28,671 bases of DNA, taken from the NCBI GenBank assembly GCA_964490475.1, contig CAZBDD010000001.1, positions 1-28,671 on the forward strand, read 5' to 3'. The notes under the pieces were generated by a model, which saw only the letters and a program-made list of their open reading frames with translations, was not told where the DNA came from and did not search any database. Every line of letters begins with the position of its first letter. Position 1 is the stretch's first letter. The stretch comes from an uncultured Desulfovibrionaceae bacterium (GTDB lineage Bacteria; Desulfobacterota; Desulfovibrionia; Desulfovibrionales; Desulfovibrionaceae). Both the position numbers and the translations under genes were made by a program. Shown one piece after another: positions 1 through 7,895 of the stretch.

Positions 1-32
1 CAAAATAAAAAGAAAAATTCGAAATATAACAT
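1..32 (-). CDS. Possible 5' end of a CDS running off the left edge (MLYFEFFFLF...)
   Basis: Minus-strand ATG at 32-30 preceded by a GAGAGGGA Shine-Dalgarno-like sequence; only 10 codons visible. Confidence 0.3.
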   Translation of the reverse strand, partial: MLYFEFFFLF

Positions 33-213
33 GTATTCCCTCTCTGGTGCTTAACGTACTGTCTTAGTGAAAAAGAGCATAAAGCAATATATATGTCAAT
101 GAAAATATCTAAGGTACGAACATCTAATCATTTGTTTTTACATATTTTTTTGATATGTTTTTCTCTTTCTACAAAAGCTTTCTAAAACAGATAAAATAAC
201 ATACAATGCTCGT

Positions 214-687
214 ATGAAGAGAAGATATTGGCGTCGTCCTGTCAGCATTCGTGCTAGTCTTGAGCGTTTTATGAGAAACATAGGACAAGCAGAAAAAGTG
301 CACCTTGTGCGCCTTTGGCAACATTGGCCTATGGTTATGGGCGACGAAATTGCCGCGCTAGCTTGGCCTTTGGGCTGCAAAAATTCTGTGCTCTTGGTGG
401 GCGGCGAAGACGCCATGAGCATGCAAGAGCTTTCCTTCATGCAGTGGGACATTTTAGAAAGAGCCAACGCCTTCATGGGGCGTGATTTTTTTACAGCAGT
501 ACGTGTGCAGCTGGCTTTAGACAAAAAGCCGCTTGATGTGCTCAGTCAGCCTCAAAAAAAGGTAGCCGCACAGCTGTTTTCGCCAACGCCATTACACGGT
601 AAATACTTAGAAAATATGCCTACCTCAAACCCAGTAGCTCGTTGCTATGCTTTATACGTGCAAAAAAGTAAAATAACTACGCCGTAA
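214..687 (+). CDS. DUF721 / DciA-family protein
   Basis: 157 aa; LWQHWPMVMGDEIA and MQELSF motifs match the DUF721 pattern. Confidence 0.75.
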   Translation: MKRRYWRRPVSIRASLERFMRNIGQAEKVHLVRLWQHWPMVMGDEIAALAWPLGCKNSVLLVGGEDAMSMQELSFMQWDILERANAFMGRDFFTAVRVQLALDKKPLDVLSQPQKKVAAQLFSPTPLHGKYLENMPTSNPVARCYALYVQKSKITTP

Positions 688-709
688 CAATTGATGAAAA
701 ACTCGTTTT

Positions 710-916
710 AAGACTCCTGCACAATTCATTGTGCGGAGGCTTTTGGAGCTTTGGCGCAAGTCAATGCGACCAAAAATCAAGGATAAAGGGAATTTTACTT
801 CCCTGTTAAGTGATTGATCTTTGTATCTTTTTTTCTGTGTGTATAATTTGCTTAATTAATTTTTATTGACTATTTCTACGCAAAATTTATTTAAAAATCA
901 ATTGCGCAGAACCCTT
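710..916. mobile_element. Degenerate MITE-like element, repeat family A (207 bp)
   Basis: Imperfect terminal inverted repeats: AAGACTCCTGCACAATTCATT (710-730) vs reverse complement of 896-916, AAGGGTTCTGCGCAATTGATT (16/21). Both ends recur elsewhere in the window. Confidence 0.55.
714..744 (+). terminator. Hairpin plus short U tract after the DUF721 gene; overlaps a repeat-family-A inverted repeat
   Basis: CTCC(T)GCACAA-ttca-TTGTGCGGAG followed by GCTTTT. Confidence 0.55.
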
Positions 917-1009
917 GTTTTAGACATTTTACTCAAAAAATACGCGCTACAAAGCAAACAAAAAGTTTTAGGTGCCCTGTAGTAAAAGACATAAGTAAAA
1001 ATTACTTTT

Positions 1010-1161
1010 CAGTTTGATGACAAAGCCCTTCTCGTGGGCTTTGCGCCGCTATTGTCAGCAAAGCTGCCAAGCGGAAAGGCACGAAAATCAATCGTTTAAC
1101 GGCGCAAGTGAATTGCGCCTGCTCTTGATTTATCGGTCGTGTTGACTTTGTCAACACTCTG
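1010..1161. mobile_element. 152-bp MITE with IS1182-like terminal inverted repeats and a 19-bp target-site duplication
   Basis: TIRs CAGTTTGATGACAAAG (1010-1025) and CTTTGTCAACACTCTG (1146-1161), 13/16 match. Exact direct repeat ATAAGTAAAAATTACTTTT at 991-1009 and 1162-1180. GC-richer than flanks, with internal hairpins. Confidence 0.85.
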
Positions 1162-1191
1162 ATAAGTAAAAATTACTTTTCTAACTAGCTA

Positions 1192-1992
1192 CTAAGCCTC
1201 AGCAATTTTTTTATCAATATGCACAAGTAACTTTTGCGCATGTGTAAAATCCGAATCTAATTTCAAAGCCACCAAAGCCGCTTGTCGTGCTTTATCCAAT
1301 TTATTCCATTCCAAATATAATCTGGAAATATTAAAATATAAATTGGGATCATTGCGTAAATATTTTGATGCGCGCAAATAATACGTTTCAGCCAAGGGAA
1401 AACGCTTTAATTCACGCAGAGCTATACCTATAGAATTGTATAAAGGTAAAATATCATCGCGCAAATCTAAGGCTTCTGTTAAAAAAGACACAGCTTCATC
1501 ATAAAGCTTGGCTTTCAAAAATGCTTCTCCAATATGCCCTAACAGTTCAGCATCTTGTGGGAAGTCTCTCCCTAAAGAAATCAAGGTGGCGCGCCCCTTT
1601 TCTACATTCGTGGCAAGCTCTGTTTTGCCTTTTTCAAGACGCTGCTTTTTCTTTTCATCTGCTTGGCGCTTTGCTTCTTCCGCTTCTTGTTGTGCTTGCT
1701 CTGCAAAACAATTTTGCAACTGCGCCATATTCTGTCCTAGCAAAGCTTCATCGCCGGGAGTGTATTTGATGGACAGAGGAAAAATCTTCTTTACTCCTGG
1801 GTCGGTAGATAAGCTCAAAACGGCATTATCTAACAATTCAGTAAGTTCTTTTCGTTCAGGTTTCAATAAATTACTACGCATGGTTTTCAAGGCATTTTGA
1901 ATGGCTTGCACAGCGGCGGCACTATTGCCTTGCTTTACCTGCGATGGAACTTGCCGTAGGGCCTGTCTTACACTTGTAATATTTTCTGACAT
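1192..1992 (-). CDS. Tetratricopeptide-repeat protein
   Basis: 266 aa; C-terminal TPR motifs (LYNSIGIALRELKRFPLAETYY, PNLYFNISRLYLEW) after a coiled-coil region. Confidence 0.85.
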   Translation of the reverse strand: MSENITSVRQALRQVPSQVKQGNSAAAVQAIQNALKTMRSNLLKPERKELTELLDNAVLSLSTDPGVKKIFPLSIKYTPGDEALLGQNMAQLQNCFAEQAQQEAEEAKRQADEKKKQRLEKGKTELATNVEKGRATLISLGRDFPQDAELLGHIGEAFLKAKLYDEAVSFLTEALDLRDDILPLYNSIGIALRELKRFPLAETYYLRASKYLRNDPNLYFNISRLYLEWNKLDKARQAALVALKLDSDFTHAQKLLVHIDKKIAEA

Positions 1993-2335
1993 AATACAGC
2001 GCTCCTGTAAGTATATTTATTCATCCATAGTACAAAGAAAATTTTATGTAAAGCTCCTTTGTATCACATGCTATTGGAAATTTTATCAATACGCCTTTAC
2101 GCTCTTCATAAAACCTCTCAAAAGCGCCACTTGTAAAAAGAATAACTTATTGTAATAAAGAGTTTTTTTATTCACCTCCCCAAATATCTGTTAATTTCTC
2201 TTACATAGCGTCATAACAGTATTTTTTTATTTATTCTTACTTGTCCAAGCTGTTCTAAAAACATCTTCAAGACAGATATTTAATAAAGACTTTTTAATGG
2301 TGCTCAGAGCTCGTTGCTTTTCTCATAGGCTTTTC

Positions 2336-2365
2336 TTGACAGAAAAGGCGCTACAGTGGTATAAA
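2336..2365 (+). promoter_or_regulatory. sigma70-type promoter for the 2522 gene
   Basis: TTGACA (2336-2341), 18-bp spacer, extended -10 TGgTATAAA (2357-2365). Confidence 0.65.
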
Positions 2366-2521
2366 AAGTTATCGAGTACAGCGAAATGTCTAGACTTTTT
2401 TTAAGGTCTTGCCATGAAAAACGAAAAATTGTTTAGACAATCTTTAACCTTTTAATAAGATTTTTACCGACCATAAAAACCTTGGTAAAAAAATTTACTA
2501 TCGATACAGAGGAGAATTATT

Positions 2522-2911
2522 ATGCGCGAAGAAGGTACCGCCCAACAGTCTATGGAAAATGTTTGCCTGAAACACGACAATGGCCCAGACATAGTATTTA
2601 CCGGACGTCTTTTTGCAGAGTCCTCTTGGTTTGACGAAGAGAGTTCTACACTTACCCGTCAAAAACTCTATGTTACAGACAACAAAGAGCAAGTATATTA
2701 CATTGTACGTGGCAATGGCCCTGAGCGTATGCGCCATGCTTACAGACTATCAGTGCAAGGCGATTATTGCGTTATCTACAATGGCAACACAGAAATGACC
2801 TTAGAATTTAACATGCTGATGCTGGCTGTTCGTCAACTTTGTGGCCTTGATGCCGAAGCTACACCTACCTTATGCATGGTAGAAGAAATGCTTAAAGCTG
2901 CCAATGGCTAA
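2522..2911 (+). CDS. Hypothetical protein
   Basis: 129 aa; strong GAGGAG RBS and own promoter; no domain recognised. Confidence 0.8.
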   Translation: MREEGTAQQSMENVCLKHDNGPDIVFTGRLFAESSWFDEESSTLTRQKLYVTDNKEQVYYIVRGNGPERMRHAYRLSVQGDYCVIYNGNTEMTLEFNMLMLAVRQLCGLDAEATPTLCMVEEMLKAANG

Positions 2912-3064
2912 CAAGTAAAACTCAAATATTGCCAGCGTACTTTTGTAAACACGATTTATTAGGATGATGGGAAAAAATATTCTGCCGCGACAGTCATATT
3001 GATGTCCATCACTGCTACATAAGTCTTTAGGTAGTGATTACGCAGAGAATTCTATTTTTTCATG

Positions 3065-3091
3065 GGGGTATGGACTAAAAATCCATGCCCC
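3065..3091. terminator. GC-rich hairpin between convergent genes
   Basis: GGGGTATGGA-ctaaaaa-TCCATGCCCC, 10-bp stem with one G-U; extendable with a bulge. Confidence 0.5.
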
Positions 3092-3139
3092 GTGAGAATC
3101 TTTTCCCTTATCTTTATTAACTCCCTTTTCAATGGCTTG

Positions 3140-3700
3140 TTATGGCGCCATAAATACAGAAGCCACATCTTGCACAAAAATCCAATGAAACGTCCATACA
3201 GGCGCTGCGTAATCGCGTAGAAAGTAAGAGTTTTTATAAACAAATTCTTTTTTTTCTTGGGTCATTTTATCGTAATAAGTAAAAAGCTTCTGACGTTGCT
3301 CTTTTGTCCAGCGAAAAGTACCTTGCAATTGCATGTGTTGTATAAGTCGTAAAAACTGCTGACCGCCGTCATTGTTTTCAGGGCGAGCTAAAAAAGATAC
3401 ACTTACCCCGCTCACAAGTTCATTTTTCATATGCACAAAAAGGTTTACTCCGTGGCTATATTCTAAATAGTAGCCGTTTTCCACTGCCTTAGCCTTTTCA
3501 ATATTCACTCTTGGATCAGCCCCTCTGTGCCAAAAGCGTAAAAAAGCTGACCAGCTAAAATCTGGTCTTAAAGTAAGGGAAAGAGGTGTATGATTGTCTA
3601 AAATCTCCTGAGCAACATCTCTTAATTGCGGTTTAGATTCGCAGGCATGTAGAAAAAAGATACAACAAAGAATGCACAAAGCTTGCTTATAAAGCCTCAT
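3140..3700 (-). CDS. Putative lipoprotein of unknown function
   Basis: 186 aa; signal peptide with LHAC lipobox; starts about 20 bp after the flippase stop. Confidence 0.75.
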   Translation of the reverse strand: MRLYKQALCILCCIFFLHACESKPQLRDVAQEILDNHTPLSLTLRPDFSWSAFLRFWHRGADPRVNIEKAKAVENGYYLEYSHGVNLFVHMKNELVSGVSVSFLARPENNDGGQQFLRLIQHMQLQGTFRWTKEQRQKLFTYYDKMTQEKKEFVYKNSYFLRDYAAPVWTFHWIFVQDVASVFMAP

Positions 3701-3721
3701 ACTTACCCCCTTATGATAAAT

Positions 3722-5131
3722 CTATTGCGCTTTTTTCTCAAAAGGTGCTGGTGGTCTCCAAAGCCAAAGTAAAATTAAAAGCGGAATAAGACCTACAATC
3801 TCAGCTACTAAGCGATGCACATAAGGCGTAAGCCCCCACCACAGACCAAAGGCCACAAGAGGAACTGCCACCACAGTTACCCAATGGCGTAAGAGCATGG
3901 GCTTTGCGGCGTATTGAAAATAGGAAACAGTACCTATGGCTACCCATACCTTAGTAAGCATAATAGCCAATGAAGCTCCCTCAAGTGGCATCCATGTAGT
4001 TAAATAAGCACATAAAATAACATTGACAATAAGGCCGGAAACATAAAATACTAAGAGCAGTTTTTGTTTTTGCATACTCATCATGGCATAGGCTGCTAAA
4101 TTATGCAAAAAGGCTGTGGCTATGCACGGTGCTAAAATACGTTGAGCGGTGACAGCCATGGCGTATTGGTCACCATAAACAAAGGTTAAAATTCTGTCAC
4201 TTTCCACGCAAATAATATAGATAACAGGTAAACATGCAGCCCAAAGAGATCTAGTTGTTTGTCCGGCAAGTTTTTGAAATGCTGGGCGGTCACTATCCCA
4301 AAGTCTAGCTAGTTCGGGAAAAAGCACCTTGGCAAGTAGCACCGTCGAAATAAGGATAGAAAGGCCATCCACAATTTCCCAAGCGACACTGTAAGCCCCT
4401 ACGGCAGAGTCGCCGCCATATTTTTTTAAAAAAAAGACATTAAGCTTATTATAAAAAATACCGCATGCAGAAATAGCCGTAAAAACAAGTCCTTTGCGCC
4501 ATTGCTCCCAAATAAGCTTAAGCATTTGCACATCAAGCTTTTTAAGAGGGTTACGCCCAAGAGCCTTTAAAGATATTATTAAAAGAATAAATGATTCTAT
4601 CGGCTTATAAAGTGCTATATAGATAACAGGCGCATCTAAAAGCACAAGCACAATGCCCGTGCCAATGCCCAAGATGCTAGATGGCACTCGAATACGCATT
4701 TCCACATCTTGTCGCCCTCGTGCCTCGCACAAAGCAAAGAAAGAATTAACTATGGCCTCAAACCCTAAGCCGCCGGCAATGGCCATAACGGTAAAGCGCA
4801 GTTCTGGCGTATAGTCTTGCCATACGGTATAGAGCCATGTAATAGTTAAAGCTATGCTTAGCAAAGCCAGTTTTAACCATGTAATTTCACCTAATAATTT
4901 CGTGGGGCGTGTTTCACGACGTGCGAAAGAAAAAATAAGAAAGTGGTTTAAGCCTTCATCGGCCACTTGACGTACAATATAGCCAAAGGACAAAGCCAAC
5001 ATAACCTGCCCAAGCATGGTTGCGCTGTGCCTTGCTAAAACAATGGTAAACACAGTCCAAATGACATCGCGTGACCATTGCCCACCAAGCGCATAACCAA
5101 AACGCTGTGGTATGCTTTTAAGCTTTACCAT
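3722..5131 (-). CDS. Wzx-like oligosaccharide flippase (MOP superfamily)
   Basis: 469 aa; about 12-14 hydrophobic segments; LKKYGGDSAVGAYSVA and FVYGDQYAMA motifs typical of polysaccharide biosynthesis flippases. Confidence 0.85.
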   Translation of the reverse strand: MVKLKSIPQRFGYALGGQWSRDVIWTVFTIVLARHSATMLGQVMLALSFGYIVRQVADEGLNHFLIFSFARRETRPTKLLGEITWLKLALLSIALTITWLYTVWQDYTPELRFTVMAIAGGLGFEAIVNSFFALCEARGRQDVEMRIRVPSSILGIGTGIVLVLLDAPVIYIALYKPIESFILLIISLKALGRNPLKKLDVQMLKLIWEQWRKGLVFTAISACGIFYNKLNVFFLKKYGGDSAVGAYSVAWEIVDGLSILISTVLLAKVLFPELARLWDSDRPAFQKLAGQTTRSLWAACLPVIYIICVESDRILTFVYGDQYAMAVTAQRILAPCIATAFLHNLAAYAMMSMQKQKLLLVFYVSGLIVNVILCAYLTTWMPLEGASLAIMLTKVWVAIGTVSYFQYAAKPMLLRHWVTVVAVPLVAFGLWWGLTPYVHRLVAEIVGLIPLLILLWLWRPPAPFEKKAQ

Positions 5132-5331
5132 AGGCCCCCTAACTGGCTCTTCTCTTATAAAAATTTATCAATGGAATCCATGCATAATTCATTACAAAGA
5201 GTCTCATTGAAAATAGTCTTTACTAGAAAAAGTTTGATAAAATACTTATTCTGACATTCTTTTGCAGACTACTCAAAGCGCAAAACTTAAAGGAGACAAG
5301 TTTTTTGCAACGCAAAGCGTATCTAGACATA

Positions 5332-5379
5332 AAAAGTTCTGCACAATGATTTCAAAACAGTGACGTGTGCAGGATTCTT
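5332..5379. repeat. Minimal (about 48 bp) inverted copy of repeat family A
   Basis: GTTCTGCACAATGATT (5336-5351) resembles the right IR; reverse complement of 5366-5379, AAGAATCCTGCACA, matches left IR AAGACTCCTGCACA 13/14. Confidence 0.55.
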
Positions 5380-5440
5380 GACATCTATGACAAAGTAAAA
5401 ATACGTCTGATAAAACAGAACATATTTTTACAACGGCCTG

Positions 5441-6370
5441 TTAACCACCAAATTGTACAATGGCTTTAAAGCCAGGTTTCAATTCCAAATCAGGATTAGG
5501 TATGGTGAGTTCCACAGTAAAGTAAGATGCTGCAGCCACAGAAAGATCTGAGCTTGTCCAAGATATTTGCGCCACAGTGGCTTGAAACACTTTATCTTTT
5601 AAAGACGGAATAGTAACCGTAGCATTATCTCCCACTTTAATACGCGACAATTCACCTTCAAAAACTTGCACTTGAATGCGCATAGGATTCATTTTTCCCA
5701 CTAAGATAGGGGCATTATTTGCAGGAATTACAGCCCCTGGTTGCGCAGTGGCCGCCACAGAAAGAATATGCCCTGCCATGGGCGCTTTCAGCATAAGCTC
5801 TTTAGGTAAAGGCTTACTTGGTGTTATGGGCACACCATAATATTCGCTTAATTCATCGAGGCGTCGCTTAAAATTCTCTTCTTGCTTATGTAAAGTTTGA
5901 CGCGATAGCGTTAAACGCTGCTCCAAAAGGGCAACTTCAGAAGCACTGCGTGCAGAAGCTTGATTAGAACCAAGCCCCGCTGATGCCAGTTGACGAGCTG
6001 TATTGCTTTGCGCACGCAATGCGTTTAATTGCCCCTGTAAAGATAAAATTTGCGCTACTGTTCCTTCCGTATTGGATCCTATAAGCATTTCTTTTTCTAA
6101 AGCTCTTTGTGCTTTTTCAATAAGGGAATATTTCATTAGCACATCCCCTTCTTGCACCTGTTGCCCGGGCTTTACAAGAATTTCTGTAATAATGCCTGCA
6201 AAGGGGACAGCTTTTGCTCGTGTAACAGCGCTAACAATTTTTCCACTTAAAATGGTGGATTTAGCTTGCTCCCCAGTGGCGGCAGCGGCCTGCCATGCAA
6301 AAGAGTGCAGCCCGAGCATGGCAAAAAAAACAACAAAACAAAATGAGTATTTTTTTATGGAACGTTGCAT
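5441..6370 (-). CDS. Efflux periplasmic adaptor subunit (HlyD/MFP family)
   Basis: 309 aa; lipoyl-like half motifs (PFAGIITEILVKPGQQVQEGDVL; LKAPMAGHI), coiled hairpin, C-terminal NPDLELKPGF. Confidence 0.9.
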   Translation of the reverse strand: MQRSIKKYSFCFVVFFAMLGLHSFAWQAAAATGEQAKSTILSGKIVSAVTRAKAVPFAGIITEILVKPGQQVQEGDVLMKYSLIEKAQRALEKEMLIGSNTEGTVAQILSLQGQLNALRAQSNTARQLASAGLGSNQASARSASEVALLEQRLTLSRQTLHKQEENFKRRLDELSEYYGVPITPSKPLPKELMLKAPMAGHILSVAATAQPGAVIPANNAPILVGKMNPMRIQVQVFEGELSRIKVGDNATVTIPSLKDKVFQATVAQISWTSSDLSVAAASYFTVELTIPNPDLELKPGFKAIVQFGG

Positions 6371-6371
6371 C

Positions 6372-7877
6372 TTAAATAACCTCCAGTTTAGGCTTTCCGA
6401 TGAAGCGTTCTTTTAAAACGCCAGCCACGTCCATCCAACGTAGTTGTGCCAATTTATGGTTAAGTTCTGCTTGCACATAGGCAATACGGGCTTTAATATA
6501 AGTTTCTTGTGTGCTTGCCAATTTAGGGAATGGACTCAAACCTTCTTTAAATTTGATGCGTGCTTCAGTTTCTTGCATCTTGGCAACTTCTAAACTGGTT
6601 TGAGCAATTTTCAAAGATGTTGCTGCTAAATGCACTTCCTGTTGTGCCTTAGTCCACATATGAGAATATTGTGTGCGTGCTTGGGCTTGTTTTTGATATG
6701 CTTGGGCTTTACTCATACGCGCTTTTTGTACGCCGCGGTATCTACGTCCCCAATCTATGAGAGGAAAGTCAATGTTTACATGTACAAAGCTATCTTCAAT
6801 GCCTTTATTCGGTTGTGACTGACCACTTGGTGGATTTTGATTCACAGACAAAGTAACATCAGGCACATATTTTGCCCAGGCAACCATAATATTAAAGTCC
6901 ATTAGCTTCACTTGACCACGTAGCAGCATAGAATTTTCATCACTGGCCCAGCGGTCTTCCCATTTTAATGAAGCGCCATCAAAGCCTTTAAATACATCAG
7001 CTGCGTCCTTGGTTGCCACATTCAGCTTTTGCAAGGGATCAACTCCAGACAAAATCTTTAGACGTGTGCGCAACATAGTATCTTCAATTTTTGCGCGCTC
7101 AAGTTTTAAAGCTGCTTCACGTTGCTGTTGCTGTGCCAAGTTTAAGGCTACCCCTTGGCTTCCTTCCACTGCCTCTAATTTTTTCCAATAGGTCGCTACT
7201 TTTTCTGTAAGTGGAATAAGCTCACCTTGAATTTCTAAAATTTTTCTTTGCGCTTCTAGTCGCTGATAAATTTCAGCAATATCAAGAATGGTCACTCCCA
7301 TGGCCTTTCGGTGCGTAGTAACGGCAAGATTTAACATCGCCTTGCGAGCTTGGTGATTAAAGTAGGTAGAAATAGGGTTGGGAAAAGCAGCATAAAAGCT
7401 AACTTCTGTATTGGTTTCGCCATAGTTACTTGGCTTATCGGAAATAGTTTGATTATATCTGGTTATGTTAGAAGATACGGTTATAGTCATTCTAGGTTCT
7501 GGCATATATTCCCATACAGCACTAGTCAAATCTAGTTTTTTGATTTCTATATCCACCGCGGAGTTTACCAAAGAAGGGGATTGCTGAATGGCCAAGTACA
7601 CACAATCTTCAAAAGAAAAGGCTTTTTGTGAATTATAAAGGTTTGGCACAGCAGATTGCAATTTTGTTTTCTTTTCGATGGGCACTCCAGGGCTTTCTTC
7701 CAACCAATGCCTAGGCGGCAATTCTGGTGATTTAATACCACCTTTGGATGAAGCACAGCCCAAAATGCCCGCCAAACTGAGCATACATAAAGGAAGAGCC
7801 AAAAAGAAAATTTGCGTTACAGCTTTATATTTCTTTTTTTGCCCACACATGTGCCGTTTTTTATCCATGAAAAACAT
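6372..7877 (-). CDS. TolC-family outer-membrane efflux protein (lipoprotein-type)
   Basis: 501 aa; ILGC lipobox, FEDCVYLAIQQSPSL start of the OEP repeat, FPLIDWG motif; abuts the MFP gene. Start may be a few codons downstream. Confidence 0.85.
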   Translation of the reverse strand: MFFMDKKRHMCGQKKKYKAVTQIFFLALPLCMLSLAGILGCASSKGGIKSPELPPRHWLEESPGVPIEKKTKLQSAVPNLYNSQKAFSFEDCVYLAIQQSPSLVNSAVDIEIKKLDLTSAVWEYMPEPRMTITVSSNITRYNQTISDKPSNYGETNTEVSFYAAFPNPISTYFNHQARKAMLNLAVTTHRKAMGVTILDIAEIYQRLEAQRKILEIQGELIPLTEKVATYWKKLEAVEGSQGVALNLAQQQQREAALKLERAKIEDTMLRTRLKILSGVDPLQKLNVATKDAADVFKGFDGASLKWEDRWASDENSMLLRGQVKLMDFNIMVAWAKYVPDVTLSVNQNPPSGQSQPNKGIEDSFVHVNIDFPLIDWGRRYRGVQKARMSKAQAYQKQAQARTQYSHMWTKAQQEVHLAATSLKIAQTSLEVAKMQETEARIKFKEGLSPFPKLASTQETYIKARIAYVQAELNHKLAQLRWMDVAGVLKERFIGKPKLEVI

Positions 7878-7895
7878 ACTTATTTTCCTTATATT

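Noticed and set aside
991..1180. 19-bp direct repeats as a CRISPR array or integron att sites
   Set aside because: Only two copies, 152 bp apart, with TIRs inside; no cas or integrase gene. A target-site duplication fits better.
1901..2155. 84-aa ORF
   Set aside because: Overlaps the TPR start antisense and runs through AT-rich promoter DNA; no RBS.
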